From: Chloroflexota bacterium
Lineage (GTDB): Bacteria; Chloroflexota; Limnocylindria; Limnocylindrales; CSP1-4
Direction: 5' to 3'
Assembly: GCA_045804705.1 (NCBI GenBank)
Contig: JBJMMQ010000193.1
Location: forward strand, 1-47,701
Length of the DNA: 47,701 bases
Under the pieces are notes generated by a model, which was given only the letters and a program-made list of their open reading frames with translations, ran no database searches and was not told the origin of the DNA. Of the stretch, positions 34,453 to 42,728 are shown piece by piece. The translations under genes and the position numbers were made by a program. The stretch's first letter is position 1. Every line of letters starts with the position of its first letter.

Positions 34453-37228
34453 CGACGGATCCGACGGGTGCCGGCAGCCCTTCCACGCGGTCGGCCAGAC
34501 GAGGTCCAGCGACCAGTTCGACGATCGCCGGCAGTCGAAGCGCATGGCCTTCAGCGCGGAGCCGGTCGAACACGTCGGCGCCGAGCGCGGCGCCCAGCGT
34601 CTCCACCGTGCGCTCGTATTCGGCCGGCGCCCAGATCCGCAGGCGCGCCTCGGCTCGAAGGCGGTCGGCCATGCCGACGAGACGTGCCGCCTGCACAGGG
34701 TCGCGCTCACGTTCGATGGTCGCCAGGCTATCGAGCGCATCGACGATCCCGATGCGAAAGCCGATGTCGGCCGCGTCCCGCACGACCCCGCGGAACATCG
34801 GGCCTGCCTCGTCGTCCTGGCCCGCGGCGTGGAGGACCTTGGCGCGCAGGGAGTCCGAGTCGACGATCCAGTCCGGGAACAGTTCGGCAGCCGCCTCCAG
34901 CACTTCCAGCTCCTTGATGTAGTGCAGGGCCGTGGCGACGTCCCCTTCATCGAGCGCCAGCTCGACCAGCGTCACCACCGTGTGCGCCCGGCTGAGCGGA
35001 TCCTCAGCGGGAAAAGCGTCATGGATCGCGAGTGCCTCAGCCAGGAGGGAGTGCGCGGTCGCGAAGTCGCCGCGGCCCGCATGGATCGAGGCCATGTCAT
35101 CGAGGATCGTCGCGATGTCGTGATGGTCCCCTGCCGCGCGTGCCAATTCGAGGGCCTCGGCCTTGAGGCGAAGGGCCTGTTCGGCATCGCCGCTGAACCG
35201 CGGATACTCGCTGAGCGCCGCGAGCGGCTGCCTCAACTTCGCCGGGTCGCCGAGGCGTCGCGCTGCTGCGATCGCGGCCTCGCCCCACCGTTGGCCCTCA
35301 TCGACCGCGCCGACCATCATCCAGAACATGCCTGTCGCGCGGAACAGCAGGAGGATCGCGTCCGCGTCGTCCGATGCCACCGCCCAGTCGAAGGCGAGCC
35401 GAAGGTTGTCGCGCTCGGTCATGCACATGACGACCCAGGCATTGCCGGCCATGTTGCCGCCCTCGGTCGTGCCGCGTCGCGTGGAGCCCGCGACGGCGAC
35501 GTAGTGGGCAAGGTGACGGTCGCGCGCCGCGGACGTCTCACCCTCCACCCCGGCCCGTTCGGCCGCGAACTCGCGGATCGTCTCCAGCATCGAGTATCGA
35601 TCGTCGGCCCGGCGCAGGAGGCTCTGGTCGACCAGCTCGGCGATGGTCTCGAGATCCGTCGCGCCGATCGCCTCGGCAGCGGCGAGGTCGAATCCCGCGG
35701 CCGGGATGGACAGAGCGCGAAAGGCCGATCGCGCGGACGTACTGAGGAGGTCGTAGCTCCACGCGATCGTCTCGCGCAGGGTCCGGTGGCGCTCGGGCGC
35801 GTCGCGCGGTCCCGCCGTGAGCAGCGTCAGCCGGTCGGCCAGCCGATCGCGGAGTGCTTCCGCAGACAGGACCCGGACGTGCGCCGCTGCGAGCTCGATG
35901 GCCAGGGGCAGTCCATCAAGCCGACCGACGATGTCGTCCAGGACGGCCTCATCCGACTCGACCGAGTAGAGGCCGGCGCGGCTGCGGTCCTCGAAGAGTG
36001 CGATACCTGCTGCGCGCGGGAGTGGCGGGACGTCCAGCTGGCGCTCGCCCCGGATGCGGAGCGGCGTTCGACTCGTGACGAGGATGTGCAGTGATGGGCA
36101 GCGCTCGAGCAGCTCTGCGATCGATGGCGCCGCGTCCACGACCTGCTCGAAGTTGTCGAGCACGAGGAGGATGCGCCGGTCCCCGATGACCGCCGCCGGC
36201 CGCTCACCGCCGCCGGTCGCCTCACCGATCCGGGCGATCACCTCGGCCGCCACACGAGTGTTCGACAGGTCGACGAAGAGGACACCGTCGGGGAAGTCGG
36301 CAAGCAGCGCATGAGCGACGAGGATCGCCAGTCGTGTCTTGCCCACGCCGCCCGGCCCGGTGAGCGTCAGCAGACGATGGACGCGCAGTGTCGCGACGGC
36401 GCGGTCGAGCTCGTCGCGCCGGCCGACCAACGATGTCGACGGGACCGGGAGCCGGTGCAGCGGGAGGATCGGCCCTGGGCCCGGTCCGTCGAGCGTCGGG
36501 TCCTGCCGAAGGATCCTCCCTTCGAGGCGTTGGATATCGGGAGACGGATCGATCCCCAGCTCTTCGACGAGGGCCAGGCGGAGACGACGGTAAGCGGCGA
36601 GCGCGTCCGCCTGTCGGCCCGACCGGTACAGCGCGAGCATCAGTTGTCGCCACAACCGCTCGCGCAATGGATGTTCCCGGACGAGAGCGGCAAGCTCCGC
36701 CGTCAGGTCCGCGTGACGGCCGAGCTCGAGGTCGGCATCGATCCTGCTCTCGGTGGCGGTCAGCCGCAGCTCCTCGAGTCGTGCTCCCGCAGGCCCGAGG
36801 TAGCCCGAGCATGGGATATCCGCGAGCGCAGGCCCACGCCACAGGTCGAGTGCCCGACGGAAGCCGTCGGCCGCCTCGTCCCAGCGCGAAAGACCGGCTG
36901 CGCGCGTGGCGGCGGCAAGCTCGTGCTCGAAGGAACGAACGTCGAGTTCGCCGACGGCCGCTCGAACGAGGTAGCCGCCGGGCTGGGTCACGACGCGATC
37001 TGCGCCAAGCTCCCGCCGGAGGCGTGAGACGTGCGCCTGGAGCGACGCCTCAGCGGCAGGTGGTGGATCGTCACCCCAGAGCGCCTCTGACAGGCGGGCA
37101 GGGGAGACCGGGCGGTTCGCCTCGAGCAACAGCGCGGCCAGCAACGCCCTGCGCTTTGGCGCAGGGACCGCGATGGCGTCGCCCTCTTCCGTGACGACTT
37201 CGAGCGGACCGAGCAGGCGGTACTCCAT
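34445..37228 (-). CDS. AfsR/SARP-family regulator: OmpR-type wHTH + BTAD + NB-ARC (STAND) ATPase + TPR
   Basis: YRLLGPLEV...ALWGDDPP; ALDLWRGPAL, HPLRE, LMLALYRSGRQADAL; Walker A GPGGVGKT, Walker B LVLDN, GLPLA; helical repeats. Start at 37228 (ATG) or 37252 (GTG). Confidence 0.93.
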   Translation of the reverse strand: MEYRLLGPLEVVTEEGDAIAVPAPKRRALLAALLLEANRPVSPARLSEALWGDDPPPAAEASLQAHVSRLRRELGADRVVTQPGGYLVRAAVGELDVRSFEHELAAATRAAGLSRWDEAADGFRRALDLWRGPALADIPCSGYLGPAGARLEELRLTATESRIDADLELGRHADLTAELAALVREHPLRERLWRQLMLALYRSGRQADALAAYRRLRLALVEELGIDPSPDIQRLEGRILRQDPTLDGPGPGPILPLHRLPVPSTSLVGRRDELDRAVATLRVHRLLTLTGPGGVGKTRLAILVAHALLADFPDGVLFVDLSNTRVAAEVIARIGEATGGGERPAAVIGDRRILLVLDNFEQVVDAAPSIAELLERCPSLHILVTSRTPLRIRGERQLDVPPLPRAAGIALFEDRSRAGLYSVESDEAVLDDIVGRLDGLPLAIELAAAHVRVLSAEALRDRLADRLTLLTAGPRDAPERHRTLRETIAWSYDLLSTSARSAFRALSIPAAGFDLAAAEAIGATDLETIAELVDQSLLRRADDRYSMLETIREFAAERAGVEGETSAARDRHLAHYVAVAGSTRRGTTEGGNMAGNAWVVMCMTERDNLRLAFDWAVASDDADAILLLFRATGMFWMMVGAVDEGQRWGEAAIAAARRLGDPAKLRQPLAALSEYPRFSGDAEQALRLKAEALELARAAGDHHDIATILDDMASIHAGRGDFATAHSLLAEALAIHDAFPAEDPLSRAHTVVTLVELALDEGDVATALHYIKELEVLEAAAELFPDWIVDSDSLRAKVLHAAGQDDEAGPMFRGVVRDAADIGFRIGIVDALDSLATIERERDPVQAARLVGMADRLRAEARLRIWAPAEYERTVETLGAALGADVFDRLRAEGHALRLPAIVELVAGPRLADRVEGLPAPVGSVDG

Positions 37229-37286
37229 CGATCCCCCAGGATCGGCGGCCACGACGCCGCAGTATCAGCGTCGCTGTGCCCGCGGC

Positions 37287-37329
37287 GCAAGAGCGCGGCA
37301 AGCGAGCGGCAAGAAGGTCGTGTCACGGT
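37287..37329 (+). promoter_or_regulatory. Three 11-bp-phased GCAAG repeats plus -10-like CACGGT (SARP-type activation site)
   Basis: GCAAG at 37287, 37298 and 37309. The last heptamer GCAAGAA ends 8 nt before CACGGT (37324-37329). Confidence 0.65.
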
Positions 37330-37390
37330 CTGCCCACACGGCGTCGAGTCCAACGGCGCCAGCAGCGACGGACCCTGGAGGTGCACGGAC

Positions 37391-37783
37391 ATGCGAAGGA
37401 TCGCAGCCCTGTTCGGACTCGTGGCGGCTCTGACCTTGATGCCCGGTCTCGCACTCGCGGCGCGGCCGGTCGCGGGCTGCCCGGCTGATACGTCCGGCTA
37501 CTTCCTCGTCGACCAGCAGACCTGGTGGGATCGCACGGTCGCGGGCTTCGAGGCCGAGGGGATCGCCGTCTACGACCAGGCGAACGCGTTCACGGCCGAG
37601 TTCGACGCATTCGCAGCCGATGCCGGCTTCGGCAGCGGACAGGGTCTGTACGACTTCGTGTGGGTCACCCAGTGGGCGGGCATCGACAAGAACGGCGATC
37701 TCAGGGTGTGCATGAAGGACCGCCCGCACACACCCGGCAATCCGGCCTACTTCTTCAACGGGGTCGACAACACCTCGCGGTAA
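37391..37783 (+). CDS. Small secreted protein with two Cys and a DxNGD loop
   Basis: Signal peptide MRRIAALFGLVAALTLMPGLALA; GCP; IDKNGDLRVCMK. SD GGAGG. Confidence 0.8.
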   Translation: MRRIAALFGLVAALTLMPGLALAARPVAGCPADTSGYFLVDQQTWWDRTVAGFEAEGIAVYDQANAFTAEFDAFAADAGFGSGQGLYDFVWVTQWAGIDKNGDLRVCMKDRPHTPGNPAYFFNGVDNTSR

Positions 37784-37887
37784 CTGCGCACGCCGATGAT
37801 CGGCCGACGACGACCGCCGCGAGGCGGTCGTCGTTTTCGATTCCCGACTCGCGGGTGACCTGTCGTCTTCCGCAGTAGGCTGCGCCC

Positions 37888-38553
37888 ATGCTCCCCAAAC
37901 GAAGGCCTTCGAACAACGAGCGCTCGCCCCGCGTGGAGTCCGCGCTCGCGCTGTCGATCCTCGTCGGCAAGGCGTCGACGGTCGCGTTCGCCGTCGACGC
38001 GTTCGCGAATGCGGACACGCCGCGCTTGCGAGGCAAGGCGATCCGCACCCGGGCGATCGGTTATGCCGGGGCGCTGCTGGTCGTGCCGATCCTCTGGTGG
38101 CTACTTCCCGGTCGCGACCGATACCCGCGCGCGCTCGACCTCGCCGTGACGGTCCCGCTCCTGCTGGATGCCGGCGGGAACGCACTCGATCTGTACGAGG
38201 AGGCGCACATCGATGACCTCGTCCACATCGCGAACTCGGGCATCGTCAGCGGCGTCGCCGGATCCCTTTTCGCACCCAAGGTCGACGAACGCTGGCAGGC
38301 GGCTCTCATCGGGGCCGGCGTGTCGATCACGGCGGCGGCAGCCTGGGAGCTCGCTGAATACGGGGCGATGCGGCTCGGAGCCGACGGGATGGACCTGACC
38401 TACGACGACACGATGGCAGACCTCGCCGAGGGATTCCTCGGCGCTGCACTCGGCGCTCTCTTCACCTTGACTCGAGTGCCGCGTGCACGATCCGACCGGA
38501 AGCGACGTGGCTGGCGCGAGCCGCTCGGACTCCGCGATCAGCGGTCGAGTTGA
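37888..38553 (+). CDS. Integral membrane protein (YjdF/DUF2238-like)
   Basis: GN.L.LY...DDLVH...WELAEY...YDDTMADL...LGA pattern with several TM helices. Confidence 0.7.
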   Translation: MLPKRRPSNNERSPRVESALALSILVGKASTVAFAVDAFANADTPRLRGKAIRTRAIGYAGALLVVPILWWLLPGRDRYPRALDLAVTVPLLLDAGGNALDLYEEAHIDDLVHIANSGIVSGVAGSLFAPKVDERWQAALIGAGVSITAAAAWELAEYGAMRLGADGMDLTYDDTMADLAEGFLGAALGALFTLTRVPRARSDRKRRGWREPLGLRDQRSS

Positions 38554-38560
38554 CGGTGCG

Positions 38561-39310
38561 GTGGGAACGGGCCTGCGACTGACGTACATCGGCCATGCGA
38601 CGGTCCTCATCGAACTCGATGGGGTGCGCTTTCTGACCGATCCATTGCTGGGCACGAGACTCGGGCCATTGCGGCGACTCGGCGCGGCGCCCGATCCAGC
38701 GCGGATCGGGCCGGTCGACAGCGTTCTGGTCTCGCACGCGCATCCGGACCACTTCAACCGCGCCTCCCTTCGCGCGGTGACGGGTGAACCCTTGATGGTG
38801 TTGCCGCGAGGTCTTGGGCGTCACTCTCCGGGTAGCCGCCGTCGGATCCGAGAAGTCGAACAGAACGACCGAGTCGAGTTCGGCCAGGTTCGAGTCACTG
38901 CTGTCCCGGCACGTCACGCACGCTGGCCGGGTCAGCCGGAGGCAAGACCACTCGGCTACCTGATCGAGGGATCGACGCGGGTGTACTTCGCAGGGGACAC
39001 CGACATCTATCCGGCGATGGATCGATTGGCGGGTCATGTCGATGTCGCACTCCTCCCGGTCGGCCGGTGGGGACCGCCACGAGGCCCCGCACGACTCGAC
39101 CCGTCGACCGCCGTCGACGCCGCCATGCTCGTCGGCGCGACCGTCGCGATCCCGATCCATTGGGGCACGCTCTATGTGCCGGGGTTCGCCAACGGCAGGT
39201 GGGGCTGGGGTTCGTTCGACGCGGGCGACAGGTTCGCCAGGGAAGCCGCCCGGCGGATACCCGGACTCGACGTTCGCGTGCTTCGACCCGGCCAGTCCAC
39301 GGATCTCTGA
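38561..39310 (+). CDS. Metallo-beta-lactamase-fold hydrolase (UlaG/NAPE-PLD-like)
   Basis: LTYIGHATVLIE...LTDP; SHAHPDH; PARH; YFAGDT; AIPIHWGT. Confidence 0.9.
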   Translation: MGTGLRLTYIGHATVLIELDGVRFLTDPLLGTRLGPLRRLGAAPDPARIGPVDSVLVSHAHPDHFNRASLRAVTGEPLMVLPRGLGRHSPGSRRRIREVEQNDRVEFGQVRVTAVPARHARWPGQPEARPLGYLIEGSTRVYFAGDTDIYPAMDRLAGHVDVALLPVGRWGPPRGPARLDPSTAVDAAMLVGATVAIPIHWGTLYVPGFANGRWGWGSFDAGDRFAREAARRIPGLDVRVLRPGQSTDL

Positions 39311-39404
39311 ACCCGACGAAGGCTCAGCGGTCGCCGCCGGTTCCGGTCGGCTAACGTAAGACTTGGCCATGCTGGCAACCTCCGCCGTGGATCGAGGTGC
39401 GAAG

Positions 39405-40322
39405 ATGCGAATCCTGATCGCGTATGACGGATCCGCTGGCGCCGAGCAGTCGCTGCGACTGGCCGATTCTCTCGACTGGCCACCCGACTCGACGCTTCGC
39501 ATCGCATCCGTCATCGAACCGACGCTTCTCTTCGTCGGAGCCCCGACCCCTGGCGGGCTCGATATCCCGCCGCCGGAAGTCGACGCCGAGATCAGCGCGC
39601 ATCAAGAGGATCTCGTCACTGAGGCGGCTGCGAGGCTCGGATCCGCCGGCCGGACGGTCGAAGGCACCGTCCTTCGGGGACGGCCCGCGACCGCTCTCGT
39701 GGAAGAAGCGACGCGGCTCCGCGCCGATCTTGCGATCGGGGGATCCCGTGGGCACGGTTCGATCTCGCGCCTTCTCCTGGGATCGGTCTCGGCCGAGCTC
39801 GTCGATCAAGCGCCGTGTCCCGTCCTGGTTTCCCGGACCCCGTCGATCGGTCGAGTCATCTTCGCCACCGACGGCTCGGTTCCTTCGGGTGCGGCCGAGG
39901 CCGTCGTGTCCACCTGGACGATCTTCGACGACCTCCCGATCCATGTGGTCAGCGTCGCCGACGTCTCCGAACCGTGGCATACGGGGATGGCGCCCGGGAT
40001 GTATCGCAACGTCATCGATGCACACGCGAAAGACCTCGTCGACGCCCGGGGGGAGCACGGGCGCATCGCCGAGGAGGCGGCCGAGCGGCTTCGCGCGGTG
40101 GGGCGACAAGCCGAAGCAGTGAAGCGGACGGGCGACGCCGCGGGGGAGATCATCGCTGCGGCTGCGGATCTCGCTGCAGACCTCGTCGTGATGGGGTCCC
40201 GCGGCCGAACGGGATTGGCGCGAGTCGTCCTCGGTAGCGTTGCACGGAACGTGCTGCAGGGGAGCACGACTTCGGTCCTGGTGGTGCGCGAACCGAAGCG
40301 ATCGGACGTGCCGCGGACCTAG
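39405..40322 (+). CDS. Tandem-domain universal stress protein
   Basis: MRILIAYDGS...GSRGHG...LLGSVSAEL...APCPVLV and ATDGS...MGSRGRTG...LGSVARNV. Start could be 39369. Confidence 0.93.
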   Translation: MRILIAYDGSAGAEQSLRLADSLDWPPDSTLRIASVIEPTLLFVGAPTPGGLDIPPPEVDAEISAHQEDLVTEAAARLGSAGRTVEGTVLRGRPATALVEEATRLRADLAIGGSRGHGSISRLLLGSVSAELVDQAPCPVLVSRTPSIGRVIFATDGSVPSGAAEAVVSTWTIFDDLPIHVVSVADVSEPWHTGMAPGMYRNVIDAHAKDLVDARGEHGRIAEEAAERLRAVGRQAEAVKRTGDAAGEIIAAAADLAADLVVMGSRGRTGLARVVLGSVARNVLQGSTTSVLVVREPKRSDVPRT

Positions 40323-40353
40323 AACGGGTGTCGCCGAGGATCTCCCAAAAGCC

Positions 40354-41049
40354 CTACGACGGCGCGATGAAGCGGTAGCCGAGTCCGCGCTCCGTCTGGA
40401 TGTAGCGCGGTGCCTCCGACGAATCGCCGAGCTTGTCGCGAAGCCTCCGGATGTACACCCGGATGTAGTCGACCTCGTCGACGTACTCTCGACCCCAGAC
40501 CTTGGCGAGCAGCGTCCCATGCTCGAGGATGTGGCCGGCGTTGCGGACGAGGTGGTAGAGCAGCTTGTATTCGGTGGGCGTCAGGTCGAGCCGCTCGCCG
40601 CGAAGCCGCGCCTCGTGCTTCGCGAAATCGACCTCGAGTTCCCCGGACTTGAACGATGGGGCCCGGCTCGTCGGAGCCGGCATCTCCAGGCGCCGGAGCA
40701 CGGCCTTGACCCTCGCCATCAGCTCGAGATGGTTGAACGGCTTCGTGACGTAGTCGTCCGCCCCGAGCTCGAGACCCTTGACCTTGTCCATCGCGTCATC
40801 GCGCGCCGTGAGCATCACGACCGGAACGTCCGAGAACGCCCGGATCTGGCGGAGGACCTCGTAGCCGTCGATGCCCGGCAATCCGACATCGAGCAGGACG
40901 ATGTCGGGATGCTCCCGCTCCACGATATCGAGCGCCGTCTCGCCCTCGCCGGCGCCGAGCACGTCGACGTCGCGCCATTGCAGCGTGAAACCAAGACGAA
41001 CGGACTCGACGACGTCCGGCTCGTCATCGACCACAAGGATCCGCATCAC
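40354..41049 (-). CDS. OmpR/PhoB-family response regulator
   Basis: ILVVDDE, PDIVLLDVGLPGIDG (phospho-Asp), MLTA, GADDYVTKPF, LTPTEYKLL, VYIRRLRDKL, TERGLGYRF. Confidence 0.96.
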   Translation of the reverse strand: MMRILVVDDEPDVVESVRLGFTLQWRDVDVLGAGEGETALDIVEREHPDIVLLDVGLPGIDGYEVLRQIRAFSDVPVVMLTARDDAMDKVKGLELGADDYVTKPFNHLELMARVKAVLRRLEMPAPTSRAPSFKSGELEVDFAKHEARLRGERLDLTPTEYKLLYHLVRNAGHILEHGTLLAKVWGREYVDEVDYIRVYIRRLRDKLGDSSEAPRYIQTERGLGYRFIAPS

Positions 41050-42035
41050 GCCTCCTCGGGTGGTCCGGCGACTGGGACGACCAGGGTGAAGGTGCTTCCC
41101 CGGCCCAGCCGGCTTCGGACTTCGACCGTCCCGCCGTGTGCCTGAGCGATCGCGAGCGCTCGGGGCAGGCCGAGACCGACTCCTTCCTGGGGCGCGTTCG
41201 GACTCCGCGGCCCGACGAAGAATCGCTCGAACAGGTGTGCCTGGTCGACCGCCGAGATCCCCGGCCCGTCGTCCTTCACCGACCAGCGGATCGTGCCGTC
41301 CTTCGGACCTTGCACACGAACCGTGATCCGGCCTCCATCAGGAGCGAAGTGATGAGCATTCGCGACGAGGTTGAGCAGCGCCCGATCGAGGCGCGCCCGG
41401 TCGCCGTACACGCGCGGTCCCGGTCCGCGCGGCACGCGCAACTCGACCGTCTGGCTTCGTCGTTCAGCAAGCGGTCGGATCGTCGCCACCGCGGACTCAG
41501 CGAGCTCGACCGCGTCGAACGGGCGCAGCTGGAGTCCGATCGTCCCGGCGCGATATCGAGCGAGGTCGAGGATCTCCCCGACGACGTCCTGCATCCGTTC
41601 GGCGTTGCGCTCCATGGTTTCGAGCATCGTGCGGCGCTGCTCGGGCGTGGGCTCTGAGGCAGGGTCGAGCAGCAACCCTGTCAGCGTCCGCATCACCGTG
41701 ATCGGCGTCCGCAACTCGTGGGCGATCACCGACAGGAAGTCGGTGCGCATCCGCTCCAGGTCCCGCATCGAGACCGCCGTATCGGTCGACGCGCCCTGTT
41801 CGACCAGGCGCCGGCCGAGACTCGACAGGACGTACTCGGGAGGAGGTCCTCCCCGAGCGACACGCACGAGTCCCAGCGATTCGAGCTCCGTCAGGAGCTC
41901 GTCGGCGATGCCCGCCCGAAGGTCGCCCCCGTTCTCGGAGAATCGACTCTCGAGGTCCGCGACCGTTGCCCCCTCGTGCACGAGGGGGAGCGCGGCAACG
42001 GCCAGGGGCGAGATCCCGGCGCCAGGCGTCGTCAT
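41046..42035 (-). CDS. Soluble sensor histidine kinase with N-terminal winged-helix-like domain
   Basis: H box AHELRTP, N box NLVANA, G1 DDGPGI, F box LFERFF, G2 GVGLGL. No TM segment. N-terminal TVADL...ELLTELESLGLVRV...YVLSSLGRR. Confidence 0.9.
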   Translation of the reverse strand: MTTPGAGISPLAVAALPLVHEGATVADLESRFSENGGDLRAGIADELLTELESLGLVRVARGGPPPEYVLSSLGRRLVEQGASTDTAVSMRDLERMRTDFLSVIAHELRTPITVMRTLTGLLLDPASEPTPEQRRTMLETMERNAERMQDVVGEILDLARYRAGTIGLQLRPFDAVELAESAVATIRPLAERRSQTVELRVPRGPGPRVYGDRARLDRALLNLVANAHHFAPDGGRITVRVQGPKDGTIRWSVKDDGPGISAVDQAHLFERFFVGPRSPNAPQEGVGLGLPRALAIAQAHGGTVEVRSRLGRGSTFTLVVPVAGPPEEA

Positions 42036-42055
42036 GCACCGGAGCATACGGCCCG

Positions 42056-42505
42056 TTACTCGATGGAAAGCACCGTCACGCGTCTGCGTCCGAGCGGCGC
42101 ATCGACCTCGACGCTCGCACCGCCGGTGCAGCCCAGGAGGGCAGCTCCCAGCGGCGAATCGGCCGAGACCGATCCCCGGTCGGGGTCTCCCTCCCCGGGA
42201 AGGGCCAACTCGTACGTGACCGAGTCGCCTTCATCCTCGAGGACGGTCACGCGGCGGCCGATGACTGCGAGATCCGCTTCGTCGACCCTTTCCGAGGCAT
42301 CGAGCACGGCCGACAGCAGGTCCAGGCGCCTGACGGCGTTGAACGCCTGGAGATGGACCAGGCCATCGTCCCGAACGCTCGGCGCAGCGCTGCCCGCGCG
42401 TTCCGCTCGCAAGCGGCCGACCTCATCGACGAGCGTAAGCCAGGCCTCGTTCGTCATGGGCCACGGGCGCTGCGGTGACGGCTGTCGGATCGCCAGCTCG
42501 TTCAT
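42056..42505 (-). CDS. GreA/GreB-like factor with shortened coiled coil (Rnk/Gfh-like)
   Basis: C-terminal AVIGRRVTV...YELALPGEGDPDRGSVSADSPLGAALLG..GG.VEVDAPLG..RVTVLSIE. SD GAGGAGG. Alternative start at 42457. Confidence 0.85.
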   Translation of the reverse strand: MNELAIRQPSPQRPWPMTNEAWLTLVDEVGRLRAERAGSAAPSVRDDGLVHLQAFNAVRRLDLLSAVLDASERVDEADLAVIGRRVTVLEDEGDSVTYELALPGEGDPDRGSVSADSPLGAALLGCTGGASVEVDAPLGRRRVTVLSIE

Positions 42506-42662
42506 GGTCGTTGACCTCCTCATCGTAGGAACAGAGGCACGGTCCCCCCGCCACACAACCGGAGCAGCAGAACGGAAGACCGACGTGAAAGACGGGCTGC
42601 CCGAAGATCTCGGCTTCGCACGTCACGCAGGTAAAGGGGTATCGGGCCGTCGAACGGTGCAT
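42423..42662 (-). CDS. Small Cys-rich putative metal-binding protein (79 aa)
   Basis: FTCVTCEAEIFGQPVFHVGLPFCCSGCVAGGPCLCSYD: 7 Cys in a CxxC...CCxxC...CxC arrangement. Confidence 0.65.
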   Translation of the reverse strand: MHRSTARYPFTCVTCEAEIFGQPVFHVGLPFCCSGCVAGGPCLCSYDEEVNDHERAGDPTAVTAAPVAHDERGLAYARR

Positions 42663-42728
42663 CAGGGGGAACCTCGGCTGGGCGCTGGCGCGTCGGTGAC
42701 GCGGCGTTGGCATGGACGTGTCCAGGCG

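Noticed and set aside
34452-34950. Long N-terminal extension of the macrodomain ORF
   Set aside because: Out-of-frame overlap with the SARP TPR region; low-complexity Arg/Ser sequence.
34343-36094. 583-aa plus-strand ORF
   Set aside because: Antisense to the SARP-STAND gene; no recognisable domain.
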